Below the pieces are notes generated by a model that was not told the origin of the DNA, ran no database searches, and was given only the letters and a program-made list of their open reading frames with translations. Below are positions 1 to 9,482 of a stretch of 32,000 nt of DNA, piece after piece. The first letter of the stretch is position 1. Every line of letters starts with the position of its first letter. The stretch is taken from sequence record KC821616.1; one strand, written 5' to 3'. A program made the position numbers and the translations under genes. This DNA comes from Cellulophaga phage phiSM.

Positions 1-2
1 AG

Positions 3-845
3 TCAAACGACGAAAGCTTTTCTCCTTCAATGCAGTATATTCTTGATGAACAAGAAACTTTAACTTCAAGCAACAATACAGTTCAAATAAGAAGCTTATT
101 AGGTGGCTCCCAAGTGCTGCTCGAAGTAGGAGATACGCTTACTATAAATGAGCCGGTTATAGGAGTGGACCAGGTTGTTACAGTTGTAGCGGTTGTTGAG
201 CAGCCTTTGGAAGAGGAAAGTGTTGATGATTATAGGTCTGCTATTTTGCAAAGTATACAATTAGAGCCTCAAGGAGGAGCAAAGACTGATTATAGATTAT
301 GGGCTTCTGATGCTCAAGGTGTTAAATCAGTTTACCCTTATGTTAAAAACGAGCAAGCTGGAACGGTTCAAGTGTATCTAGAGTCAACAGTAGACGATAG
401 TATAGACGGATACGGAACTCCTTCACAAGCATTAATTGATTCAGTTATTGAGGTTATAAATTTTGACCCCGACGAAACTAAACCTATAAATGATAGAGGA
501 AGATTGCCAATACAAGTTACTCTTGAAGTTCTAAGTATTGCGCCAAACCCTGTAGACATCACAATAACTGGATTAGTTGATGTGACTGATGAAATTAAAT
601 TAGCGGTTAGAGAAAACTTAGAAGATTATTTATCAGAAATAAGACCCTATGTAGCTGGAGCTGATTTAGCTAGAAATAAGAACGATATTGTTTATTCAGC
701 AAGAGCTCAATCAGTAGTTGCTGACGTTTTAAGTTCTGATAATTTTTTCACATCATTTTCACTACTAGTTAATGGAGTCAATCAGAATAGCTTTTTATTT
801 TCCAGGGAAAATATCCCTTATTTAAGAAACTTAACTTTTGACTAA
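3..845 (+). CDS. Baseplate J-like protein (Mu gp47-like), 5' truncated by the window edge
   Basis: The frame is open from the window start, before the M at 30. Followed by a gp48-like gene in the usual J-gp48 order. The sequence resembles the baseplate J C-terminal half (PINDRGRLPIQVTLEVLSIAPNPVDITI...). Confidence 0.7.
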   Translation, partial: SNDESFSPSMQYILDEQETLTSSNNTVQIRSLLGGSQVLLEVGDTLTINEPVIGVDQVVTVVAVVEQPLEEESVDDYRSAILQSIQLEPQGGAKTDYRLWASDAQGVKSVYPYVKNEQAGTVQVYLESTVDDSIDGYGTPSQALIDSVIEVINFDPDETKPINDRGRLPIQVTLEVLSIAPNPVDITITGLVDVTDEIKLAVRENLEDYLSEIRPYVAGADLARNKNDIVYSARAQSVVADVLSSDNFFTSFSLLVNGVNQNSFLFSRENIPYLRNLTFD

Positions 846-1606
846 TGAGTGAAAAATCAGTACATAAATTAACCTTACCTCACGGAAAAAGTACTCCGCA
901 CAAATTTCCATTTGAAGTTGAGAATGAACTTGATATTATCAACAGTTTGTCAACTCAATTATACCCTACTGGTAGAGCTTGGTTTAAAAAAGAAGGAGGT
1001 GTTTTTGACAGTTTTCACGCTGCTATAAATACTTCTTTTGTTAGAGTACTAGCAGATAGCCAACAGCTTATTGATGGAAATTTACCTGACAATGAAAATT
1101 TTACTGAAGAAGATGCTTCTTTGTGGGAGTATAGATTGGGTTTACCTGTAAATAAAAGCATTGACTTAGAATTAAGAAAAGCATCAGTGAAAAGAAAGCT
1201 AGGGCACCCTAACAACGTTAAAGCTAGGCAACACAGCACTTTCATAGAAGCTCAATTGCAATTAGTTGGATTTGATGTTTACGTGCATGAGAATACGTTT
1301 CCTTACAAGCTTCCTAGTGAATTAGCTAATCTCCAATTAAAAGAAGTTCAACACGGAGGAGGTACTCAACACGGAGCTGGTACACAGCATGGAGGTGATA
1401 GTTTTGATATAATTGCGAATAGTATAGATGAAGTTGAATCTTATGCAATTGGAGAAGAAAGTTTATGGGCTACTTTTTTTATAGGAGGAAAGGAATTAGG
1501 TAGTACCGCAAACGTAGATAAAAATAGGTTGAGAGAATTTAAGGAATTAATAATAAAGTTGAAACCAGCTCATTTAGTTGTTTTTACCTTTGTAAACTAT
1601 ATTTAA
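845..1606 (+). CDS. Mu gp48 / DUF2313-like tail protein
   Basis: Position directly after J. Contains LYPTGRAWFKKEGGVFDSFHAAINTSFVRV and EYRLGLPVN...LRKASVKRKL. Carries a GGGTQHGAGTQHGG insert. Confidence 0.7.
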   Translation: MSEKSVHKLTLPHGKSTPHKFPFEVENELDIINSLSTQLYPTGRAWFKKEGGVFDSFHAAINTSFVRVLADSQQLIDGNLPDNENFTEEDASLWEYRLGLPVNKSIDLELRKASVKRKLGHPNNVKARQHSTFIEAQLQLVGFDVYVHENTFPYKLPSELANLQLKEVQHGGGTQHGAGTQHGGDSFDIIANSIDEVESYAIGEESLWATFFIGGKELGSTANVDKNRLREFKELIIKLKPAHLVVFTFVNYI

Positions 1607-1610
1607 AGAA

Positions 1611-2642
1611 ATGGCTAGAGATAAAGCAAAATTGCAGAACATAAATTTAAGTGACTTAGTAAATTACCCGAACGGCAGAATAGCTGATAATACTGGAGCT
1701 GGCGACGGTACACCTGTAAGCGAAGTTACCTACGGTGATATTCACGAAACTTATGCTAAGTTAATGAGGTTATCAGGTTTAAAATACAACGACTTACCAG
1801 ATAATGAGGAAAACGGCTACCAACTAGTTGAAGCGATTAGATCTTTGCCTAGCAAGAATGATTTGATTTTAAATCTAGCTATTTCTTCAAATGTTTACAC
1901 CGTGCCGCTAAGAATGGATAGTTTAATTGAGGGTGAAAGTTTTATATTGAAAGCTACTGTAGCTAAATCATCAAGTACCAGTATAAGAGGAACTTTAGAC
2001 AATAAAACTAAGTCAGTAAGCGTAGTAGGTGATTTTAAAGTTAACGAATACGTTAGAATGCTAGTTACATCTAATTCTATACTAATTACAAGGCTGATAG
2101 ATGCGGTTAATTTGAATTCAGCGGTTAATGACTTGCTTTACTTAAAAGCAGCTACTTCAGCGCAAGATTTAGCAGGCACCTTGATTAATGTAGCACTCAC
2201 GCCTAAGTCTTCCGCAGACACTTATGCAAACAAAACGATAGGCGCTACTAGCGGAAATTTTTTAGCTACTACAGCGAGAAACGGTCACTTAAGTAAAGAG
2301 GATAAACTTAGAATAGACAATTTAGCAAGTCCTGAAGATTTAATAAAAGTAGACAGCGGAACAAAGGATGTTGAAAACTTTAAATCAGGTAGAGATTCTG
2401 CAAATCCTAATAACAACTTCTCTTTTAATTATGCAGATGTTTTTCCTCCATCAGGCAAGACAATAGCTAATTTAAAAGGATTTATAGCTTCTATTTCTGA
2501 AATTAATTTTGTAGGTGAAGTTGATAGCAATGATACTTTATATTGCAAATGGAGAATCGAAACTAATAAAGTAAGAATTATTTGTAGCAACTCAGAAAGT
2601 CGCTCAGCTGCAAAGGTTCAGTATATGGCGATTTGGATATAA
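1611..2642 (+). CDS. Tail fibre-like protein A
   Basis: Position after the gp48-like gene. Its N-terminus is paralogous to the next ORF. Contains a fibre-style NGHLSKEDKLRIDNL segment. Confidence 0.55.
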   Translation: MARDKAKLQNINLSDLVNYPNGRIADNTGAGDGTPVSEVTYGDIHETYAKLMRLSGLKYNDLPDNEENGYQLVEAIRSLPSKNDLILNLAISSNVYTVPLRMDSLIEGESFILKATVAKSSSTSIRGTLDNKTKSVSVVGDFKVNEYVRMLVTSNSILITRLIDAVNLNSAVNDLLYLKAATSAQDLAGTLINVALTPKSSADTYANKTIGATSGNFLATTARNGHLSKEDKLRIDNLASPEDLIKVDSGTKDVENFKSGRDSANPNNNFSFNYADVFPPSGKTIANLKGFIASISEINFVGEVDSNDTLYCKWRIETNKVRIICSNSESRSAAKVQYMAIWI

Positions 2643-2652
2643 TTTAAAAGAT

Positions 2653-3831
2653 ATGAGAACGATAAAAAATTTAGCATTACCTCAAGATTCTGATTATGTT
2701 AATTTTCCTGATGGAAGAGTTAGAAACGAAACTGTCACCGCAGCGGGAACTCCTGTAGTTGAAGAGGTTTACGGTGATCTACTTCAAAACTTCTACAAGA
2801 TTATAAGAAGCTCAGGTCTTGAAATTACTGAAACAGCTGACAGCGAAGGAACTCAGTTTCAATTACTTGACGCTTTAAAGATTTTTGCTAACGAAGTTAA
2901 TGACCTGAAGCAAACTCTTACAGTTAATCAAGGTGAAATTTCTACGCTATTAAATCTAGATACTCTTCCTGATGATTACGTGTTCATAGGTAAAATAACT
3001 GAAGATATTTCAGCTAACAACATCTACTTGTTGAACGGTACTGGTGAGGTTTTGGTAAATGCTGTATCTACTAGCGATGTAAAAGCTTCTAGTCTTGTAT
3101 TAGTTGTATTAAGTCAAGTAGGGTATTCAAGTATAACTGATTTAACCGTAGCAGCTGAAGATTTGAAGAGTTTGAGTGTGTCATTAGGAACGCCTTTATC
3201 ATTCAACAGCACTAAGAATTTGATGTATTTTTCCGACGGTAAAATTATAACTGATTACCCTAAGGTGTATGACGTACAACAAGCAATCAACGACAGCTTA
3301 ATGACGAGCGATTTTGTCGCTATTGATTGTTTCACTGTAAAAGAAAAATTATTGTGCTATGCATTTAATAAAACCAACTCAACTTATCATTTATTCTCTT
3401 TCTTAGCTAGCAACCCTGGAGCTCTTGAAGGAGAAGTCACTTTTATTAAAAGCGTTAACGCTGCTGAAAATAAACCACTAATCTATACGAATGGTCAATT
3501 CTTATTCATAACTAATACTGAAAATGAATTTGGTGACATTGCTAGTCACAATAAAATTGGTAAATATTTGTTTGACGAAGTTGCTTTAGAGATTACTCTT
3601 GACACTAGTTTGACAATAGAAAGCTCTTTTTTCAAGAGTACGAATTGCTTCATAAACGAAGCTGGTTCTGATATTTATTCTATGTTATTAGGACAGTTGA
3701 ATAAATACAGCTTAGAAAATAATACCGTAGAAGATTTAGGTAACTTTCAATCAAATAACGGACAGGTATTTAGATTCAATAAACAAACTTATTTCTATAA
3801 CGGCAGCAATGCAGCTAAATGGAATTACTAA
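2653..3831 (+). CDS. Tail fibre / receptor-binding-like protein B
   Basis: N-terminal YVNFPDGRVRNETV..GTPVVEEVYGDLLQNFYKIIRSSGL is paralogous to the preceding ORF; the C-terminal region is unrelated. Confidence 0.5.
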   Translation: MRTIKNLALPQDSDYVNFPDGRVRNETVTAAGTPVVEEVYGDLLQNFYKIIRSSGLEITETADSEGTQFQLLDALKIFANEVNDLKQTLTVNQGEISTLLNLDTLPDDYVFIGKITEDISANNIYLLNGTGEVLVNAVSTSDVKASSLVLVVLSQVGYSSITDLTVAAEDLKSLSVSLGTPLSFNSTKNLMYFSDGKIITDYPKVYDVQQAINDSLMTSDFVAIDCFTVKEKLLCYAFNKTNSTYHLFSFLASNPGALEGEVTFIKSVNAAENKPLIYTNGQFLFITNTENEFGDIASHNKIGKYLFDEVALEITLDTSLTIESSFFKSTNCFINEAGSDIYSMLLGQLNKYSLENNTVEDLGNFQSNNGQVFRFNKQTYFYNGSNAAKWNY

Positions 3832-4575
3832 ATGGCAACGTTTAACATCAATAATAAAGAAGTTATAAGCCTCACAGCTAAACTAGAAAGGTTGAATAAA
3901 TCAGCTTTACCTAGTGCTGTGAGAAATACTTTAAATAGAGCAGCTTTCGAGACGAAAAAAAACATTCCTCTTGTAGCTGCTTCAGTTTTTACAACTAGAC
4001 AGAAGAGTTTTTTTAAAAGATTTTCAGTTGTTGAGAAAGCTTCAGGGTTTGATATAGATAGAATGCAATCAACAGTTGGTATAACTACTAGGTTCAACCC
4101 TACTTTAGCTAAGAACTTGGATGCTCAGGAGTTTGGTGGTACTATTCAAACTGACAAATTAACCCCGCATAAAGACGCTAGGGTATCTAGATCCGATAGT
4201 CGTAGAGTTCAGTCTAAAAACTTCATTAACAAAGTTAACGCACATAACGCGACTAAAGCATTTAAAAATCATAAAGGTACTAGAGCTTCGAAATTTGTTT
4301 CAGCTGTGATGAGTACTGTCAAAAGCGGTAAGCGACATATGATACTGCAGACTGGAGAGAAAGGTATGCTTTACGAGCTTACTTCAGTGAGTTCAAATAT
4401 TAAGTCTAAGAAGTTTAATTTTAAAATAAAAAAGCTTTATTCAGTAAATACAAAAACCAGCCATAAAGTAAAAGCAGCAGGGTTCATGAAAAAAAGCGTA
4501 AATTTAACGAATAAAAAATTGGACGAGTATTTTAAAGAGAATGCTGAGTTTCAATTTAAAAAAGCATTGAAATGA
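3832..4575 (+). CDS. Minor tail protein Z-like / tail completion candidate
   Basis: LPSAVRNTLNRAAFETKKNI and a basic character resemble GpZ-like proteins. Lies within the tail module. Confidence 0.4.
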   Translation: MATFNINNKEVISLTAKLERLNKSALPSAVRNTLNRAAFETKKNIPLVAASVFTTRQKSFFKRFSVVEKASGFDIDRMQSTVGITTRFNPTLAKNLDAQEFGGTIQTDKLTPHKDARVSRSDSRRVQSKNFINKVNAHNATKAFKNHKGTRASKFVSAVMSTVKSGKRHMILQTGEKGMLYELTSVSSNIKSKKFNFKIKKLYSVNTKTSHKVKAAGFMKKSVNLTNKKLDEYFKENAEFQFKKALK

Positions 4576-5783
4576 GTTGGACTGATAGATTAAGCGATAT
4601 TAAATTTGAAATAAAGACTGGTGACGGAAAAACTTATTACCCGTTATGGGTTAGCTCCGAAAAGAGTAAAGATTTCAACGTTTCAAGATTTGATTTCATT
4701 AACCTTGAGGGTTCGTTAGTTGATAGAAAAAAACCTCAAGGAAGCACTTATCCTCTTGTATTTATGTTTCAAGGAGAAGACAACATAGAGCAAGCTGAAG
4801 CGTTTGAAACTTCTAGCAACGACAATAGGATGTGGGTTATCCAGCACCCTTTCTACGGCACAATAAAAGGTCAGCCAGCAAACTTAAAAAGAAACGACAA
4901 CAACTACAATACAACTGAAATATCCATCGACTTCTGGGAAAGTATTTTAGGTGATTTTCCTGAGGAAGCTATTTCTATAGTTGATAGTGTTGACGATAAA
5001 GCTCTTAAAGTAAAAACAATCAGTATTGGGTTATTTGTTGAAAATGCTGAACCAACCACAGCTGACATTGATACACTTAAGACAAATGTAACTTTATCTT
5101 CTAGTAAATTTTCCCCGGATTCTGGTTCTTACAATTCTTTTAATAATAGCAAGAAAACAGCTTTAAAAGCTACTGATAGCTTGGTGACTAAAACTGAAAA
5201 CTCTTTCACTACAATCAACAAGATTTACGACGAACCGTCATCTTTCAATGTGCCTGTTCTTAAAAAAGTAAAGTCGTATATAGAAGCTTATAAAGTCGTT
5301 AAGTTCTTAATTAAAAATAGATTTTCTAAATATAATTTCGAAAGTCAATCAGCTTATATTTTTTCAGGAATCTGCAAAAGTTGTGTCAATCCTCAAGAAG
5401 GAGATTACATAACTAGAAATGATGTAAAAGAAGTGAATGCTTTATTGATTGAAACTTATAAGGATTATCTTGAAACGCTAGACAGTAATCAAGTTGATAT
5501 TTACGACACAAACAATAGCTGGTCACCTAACTTTCAAATACAAAATTCTTTACTTGAATTAATTACATTCACTTCTAAGTCTTTGTTTGATTTAGGTTTT
5601 GACGCTAAGCAAGAAAGAACTTACGAACTTCCTTCTGATAGTAATCTAATTGTACTTACTCATAGATTTATGGGCTTAGATGCTAATGACGAAAATATAG
5701 AAACATTTAGACAAATTAATAAGATTAAAAACTCTGAAATATATAGAGTTCCTAAAGGCAGGTTAATAAAATATTTCGTATAA
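4572..5783 (+). CDS. Mu N-like DNA circularisation N-terminal domain tail protein
   Basis: Contains RFDFINLEGSLVDRKKPQGSTYPLVFMFQGEDNIEQAEAF. Precedes the hub protein as in Mu (N then P). Confidence 0.55.
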   Translation: MSWTDRLSDIKFEIKTGDGKTYYPLWVSSEKSKDFNVSRFDFINLEGSLVDRKKPQGSTYPLVFMFQGEDNIEQAEAFETSSNDNRMWVIQHPFYGTIKGQPANLKRNDNNYNTTEISIDFWESILGDFPEEAISIVDSVDDKALKVKTISIGLFVENAEPTTADIDTLKTNVTLSSSKFSPDSGSYNSFNNSKKTALKATDSLVTKTENSFTTINKIYDEPSSFNVPVLKKVKSYIEAYKVVKFLIKNRFSKYNFESQSAYIFSGICKSCVNPQEGDYITRNDVKEVNALLIETYKDYLETLDSNQVDIYDTNNSWSPNFQIQNSLLELITFTSKSLFDLGFDAKQERTYELPSDSNLIVLTHRFMGLDANDENIETFRQINKIKNSEIYRVPKGRLIKYFV

Positions 5784-6802
5784 TGAAGATAAAAATAAAT
5801 GGCGAGTTTTATAAGTTTTTCAATAAAGTAACTTTATCTTATAGTCTTGATGCAGTAGCTTCTTCGTTCTCGTTTGAAGGTAGATTTGATTTTAATAATG
5901 AAAAACATAAGCAGATTTTCAAGCCCTTGTCGTATCCTGAAGTTGAGATATACGATGATAGCGGAAATAAGCTGCTGACAGGGTTAATCGTGACTACCGC
6001 CTTAGGTAGTAGTCGTACTAGAGATTTGCAAGCTGTGGCGGGTTATTCTAAATGCGGAGTTCTTGAGGATTGCACTATACCAGCAAGTTCTTATCCTTTG
6101 GAAAAATTAAGTGTTTCTCTTAACGATGTTGTTGAACGTGTTTTAGCTGATTTCAATTTGTCTTTTACTGTAGATGATTCAGCTGTTAACGCTATGCAAC
6201 TAATTTACAAGAAAACTGTAGCTGAAGCGACTGAAAGTGTGAAAAGCTTCATATGTAAATTAGCTTCACAAAGAAATATAGTTACTAGTCATGACGTTGA
6301 CGGTAATTTACGCTTTTTTAAGCCTTCTTTTAGAGGCAGCGGGGTAATTTACTTAAATAAAGAAAATAGTACTTCTATGACGCTCTCAGCTAACGGACAA
6401 GCTATGCACTCGCATATATCAGTTATAAGACAGCCTGGAAAAGACAATAAAGCACTAACTCCTCTAGATACAATAATAAATCCTTTAATTGTAAGAGAAA
6501 GACATATTGTGCAAACATTAACTTCAGGAACTGAAACCGATACCTTAAACGCTGCTAATTCATTACTATCAAAGCAGCTTAAAAATATTTCAATTACCGT
6601 TACTTTAAATAGAATAGAGAATGTAAAATGCGGTGATATAATTGAAGTTTTAAATGAAGAAATTTTTCTGTACAAAAAAACCAAGTTAATTGTGTTAGCT
6701 ATAAAAAACACATACAACCAACAAGACTCAGGGCAAATGGAACTTTCGCTAGTTTTACCCGAATCTTTCACAGGTGAAGTTCCTGTAAATATATTTGAAT
6801 AA
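5783..6802 (+). CDS. Baseplate hub protein (Mu gpP / P2 gpD-like)
   Basis: Size, beta-rich N-terminus (SFSFEGRFDF...YPEVEIYDDSGNKLLTGLI) and gene context. Confidence 0.6.
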   Translation: MKIKINGEFYKFFNKVTLSYSLDAVASSFSFEGRFDFNNEKHKQIFKPLSYPEVEIYDDSGNKLLTGLIVTTALGSSRTRDLQAVAGYSKCGVLEDCTIPASSYPLEKLSVSLNDVVERVLADFNLSFTVDDSAVNAMQLIYKKTVAEATESVKSFICKLASQRNIVTSHDVDGNLRFFKPSFRGSGVIYLNKENSTSMTLSANGQAMHSHISVIRQPGKDNKALTPLDTIINPLIVRERHIVQTLTSGTETDTLNAANSLLSKQLKNISITVTLNRIENVKCGDIIEVLNEEIFLYKKTKLIVLAIKNTYNQQDSGQMELSLVLPESFTGEVPVNIFE

Positions 6803-7307
6803 TATGATTAGTTTTAGTAGAGTAAGTGAGGTTATAATTAAGAATTATAACAAGATTTTAAAAGTTACTGAGCACGGAACAAAAACTCCTGATGTAGCTT
6901 CAAGCTTCGGAGACGATTCTTCACCTTTAAAAGATATGGTTGCTATATTTGCTAAGACACAAGTTAGCGGTGAAGATGTTGTTATTGGTTATCTTAATCA
7001 GCACCAAATTGCAGAAGCTGGAGAGAAAAGAATTTTTTCAGTAAATCAAGACAACACTCTTTCCGCTGAAATACATTTAAAAAGTGACAATCAAATAGTA
7101 ATAAATAAAGGCGAGGATTGGGCTGTTAAGTATAGTGAGTTGGAGAAATCTTTTAACCAACTTAGGGATGATTTAAATACTATTGTATCTAGATACAATA
7201 GTCACGTACACTCAGCTCCAAACGGCGCTTCTACGCCATTACCTTTAGCTCAAGCGTCTACAGTAACTATAGACGCCGCGAAAAGTAGTGATATTAGATT
7301 ACCTTAA
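6795..7307 (+). CDS. Baseplate spike-like protein (Mu gp45 / gpV-like)
   Basis: Small protein right after the hub gene with a C-terminal HVHSAPNGASTPLP segment, a common arrangement in spike proteins. Confidence 0.5.
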   Translation: MNNMISFSRVSEVIIKNYNKILKVTEHGTKTPDVASSFGDDSSPLKDMVAIFAKTQVSGEDVVIGYLNQHQIAEAGEKRIFSVNQDNTLSAEIHLKSDNQIVINKGEDWAVKYSELEKSFNQLRDDLNTIVSRYNSHVHSAPNGASTPLPLAQASTVTIDAAKSSDIRLP

Positions 7308-8058
7308 CTCGTTGAATTAAAGTTTGCTTCAAGCCTTTATATTCGTTGTGTTTTATAGTAGCTTTTACTTTCGTGAATTCATTGTCGCTAATTCCTGGAG
7401 GAGTAGTACCTTTGTAGACATACCCATTACCATTATCACTTATATAAGATCTTATGTGAACATATCCGTATTGAGACTCAAATCCAGTAGCATGTACAGT
7501 CTTCAGCGAAAGAATTACTTTTTCTTTGTCTTCATGTAAAAAAGAACTAGACTCAACTTTAATTCTGTGGTCGATTTCTCTTTTTGACAAATAACCGTCT
7601 TTTGTTTTAAATAACTCGCCTAATTCAATTAAGCGTTTTCTAGCTAAAACTCTTCTTCTTTTAATATGCATTTGACTCTCATCAGCACCTCCATCAGCAC
7701 CTTCTTCTTGATAAACTCTGTTTAATTGCCAAGAGCTTTCGCATAGCATTATTTCGCTTCCTTTATATAAACCAAAAGGAAAAACTTGATAAGGCAACGC
7801 GATTTTCTTTAATCTTTTAAAAGACCTAGTTTCGCCTCTTAAATCATCGTCAACGAAAACATTTTCAAGATTGAACTTTGATTTGATTTTATCAACAGCT
7901 TCATCTTCGTTCATTGACAAATTTTGCATATAATTAAAGTTTGTTGTTACACTAACTAAATGACTCTTACCGTTAAACCATTCGTAATTTTCTGATTTAG
8001 TGATATTCCAAAGTGTATAATAAACTGTAGCAAAACCTATGACGTACTTTTTTTCCAT
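7294..8058 (-). CDS. Hypothetical protein
   Basis: 254-aa ORF with a promoter cassette 30 nt upstream. It is convergent with the tail module. Confidence 0.65.
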   Translation of the reverse strand: MEKKYVIGFATVYYTLWNITKSENYEWFNGKSHLVSVTTNFNYMQNLSMNEDEAVDKIKSKFNLENVFVDDDLRGETRSFKRLKKIALPYQVFPFGLYKGSEIMLCESSWQLNRVYQEEGADGGADESQMHIKRRRVLARKRLIELGELFKTKDGYLSKREIDHRIKVESSSFLHEDKEKVILSLKTVHATGFESQYGYVHIRSYISDNGNGYVYKGTTPPGISDNEFTKVKATIKHNEYKGLKQTLIQRVKVI

Positions 8059-8087
8059 TATATATCTGTTTTAAATTATCTACTCAA

Positions 8088-8119
8088 CAAATATATAACC
8101 ATTATATTTAATATGCAAA
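8088..8119 (-). promoter_or_regulatory. Bacteroidetes-type promoter, TTTG-N20-TATATTTG
   Basis: CAAATATA...CAAA on +; dyad gcaaaactttttgc at 8115-8128. Confidence 0.75.
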
Positions 8120-8130
8120 ACTTTTTGCAA

Positions 8131-8400
8131 TTATTTTTCCTTAATCAGTTCTTCGTTAGTTACTTCTAGTATTTTCAACACTTCATTAGCGATGTAATCA
8201 CTAGCTTCATCGTATCCATCTTTCTCATATCTAGATAGTCTTGAATATAGCGCTGTTTTACTAAGCTCTACACCGTTTTTTATTAGTTTGATAGCTAACT
8301 TATTCTTCGTCTTTATTTTAGCCATAGGCGGCTCTTTTTTAACTTGCTTTAAATCATGTATTAATATACATTCATCTATGTTTAGAAATTTTCTTGCCAT
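8131..8400 (-). CDS. Small protein, possible HTH
   Basis: Contains KLIKNGVELSKTALYSRLSRYEKDG, which is HTH-like. Internal M alternative start at MAKIKTKNK. Confidence 0.5.
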   Translation of the reverse strand: MARKFLNIDECILIHDLKQVKKEPPMAKIKTKNKLAIKLIKNGVELSKTALYSRLSRYEKDGYDEASDYIANEVLKILEVTNEELIKEK

Positions 8401-8810
8401 CTTAATGTTATTGATTTATGTTTTGCGTTTTTAATTATTCTACTTACTTGTTTAATCGTGTAACCTTCAAAATTGCCTTCATAGCAATTAAGAGCTTGTT
8501 CTGATGTGAAACACATCCGCCAATTATTTTTCTTTGACATTTTCTCCCAAACTTTTCCCCATCTTACTTGAGCTTTAAGCTTAGCAATTTCATGACTAGA
8601 CCCGTCAACTTTGATCTCTGTGGCAGCGTTGAATTTTTTATCTAAATAAATAAAATCAGCTACACCAGGAACAATTCCTATTGACTTAGCTAAGTAAGCC
8701 TGTTTTCTGTTCGCTCTTTCGTTTGAAATATGAAATAGCTGTCCCCACTTTTCAGGATATTTCTGAGAATGTTTAACAGCTATTTCAGATTGAAGTTGTA
8801 ATTCAGTCAT
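8382..8810 (-). CDS. VRR-NUC-like nuclease
   Basis: Contains ERANRKQAYLAKSIGIVPGVADFIYL...ATEIKVDGS...LKAQVRW, matching the VRR-NUC pattern (G..PGVxD, ExK, Q..W). Confidence 0.65.
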   Translation of the reverse strand: MTELQLQSEIAVKHSQKYPEKWGQLFHISNERANRKQAYLAKSIGIVPGVADFIYLDKKFNAATEIKVDGSSHEIAKLKAQVRWGKVWEKMSKKNNWRMCFTSEQALNCYEGNFEGYTIKQVSRIIKNAKHKSITLRWQENF

Positions 8811-8816
8811 CTAATA

Positions 8817-9482
8817 CTAGAATGGTAAATCGTCTTCTTCGTCTAGAGTTTCAGTGGAAGCTGCTCCAGATGTGTCGTTTGAAGTTGAGCTAAATTCCCA
8901 ATCTTTCAAACCACCTAAAATTGGAGTTTTTTTCATTTCCTCTTTCTCTTCGTCGGAAGCTGCCTTGTATACTGAAGAACCTACTTGTTGACTGACAAAT
9001 CCATGCTGCTTAAAGTTGTCTTCTTTGTCCTTTAAATTCATTCTTATACTTAAGTATACAGCGCCATCTATCTCTTCTATGAAGTTAGCTTTTAAAGGAA
9101 TAAAAATACCTCTAATCTTCTTGTCTTTTTTACCCTTCTTCTCCATCATAACATGCTTCAATTTACTCAAAGCAATTGTTCCGTCTAGTTTTCTGACAAC
9201 TGTAGCATCAGAATTTCCTGACGGCGATTGAGGTGTTGCTTTTTTAGACGATTTGTCTTTTTTAGACGATTTGTCTTTTTTAGACGATTTGTCTTTTTTA
9301 GAGTTTTTTTCTTTTGCCATCTTACTGTTTTTGTTTAAATTAATTATTTTTAAATTTTTACTCTTTGATATTTGCTTAGCTTCTTCTTTTGTCAAAACAC
9401 CTAATCCGTAAACTGAACTAGGATTTTCTTTTAAACTTTCTTTTTGTTTCCAAAGTCTTTCGTTTTGAAAATAATACCGCAT
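8817..9482 (-). CDS. Putative single-stranded-DNA-binding-like protein with lysine-rich N-terminus
   Basis: C-terminus TETLDEEDDLPF resembles an SSB acidic tip. Has a (KKDKSS)n tract. An alternative start at 9320 (MAKEKNSKKD) is possible; the ATG at 9482 overlaps the helicase stop (TAATG). Confidence 0.5.
   Translation of the reverse strand: MRYYFQNERLWKQKESLKENPSSVYGLGVLTKEEAKQISKSKNLKIINLNKNSKMAKEKNSKKDKSSKKDKSSKKDKSSKKATPQSPSGNSDATVVRKLDGTIALSKLKHVMMEKKGKKDKKIRGIFIPLKANFIEEIDGAVYLSIRMNLKDKEDNFKQHGFVSQQVGSSVYKAASDEEKEEMKKTPILGGLKDWEFSSTSNDTSGAASTETLDEEDDLPF
9251..9300 (-). repeat. 18-nt tandem repeat encoding KKDKSS
   Basis: Repeated atttgtcttttttagacg on the + strand, about 3 copies. Confidence 0.9.

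Noticed and set aside
1354-1401. GGGTQHGAGTQHGG segment as a collagen-like or tandem repeat system
   Set aside because: Too short, and likely a glycine-rich loop within the gp48-like family.
368-6771. Minus-strand ORFs within the tail module (368-562, 1015-1245, 3828-4097, 6349-6771)
   Set aside because: Antisense to well-supported tail genes with no domain signal.
7294-7320. Rho-independent terminator between the convergent tail module and the 7294-8058 gene
   Set aside because: The two ORFs overlap by 14 nt and no GC-rich hairpin with a T-run was visible.
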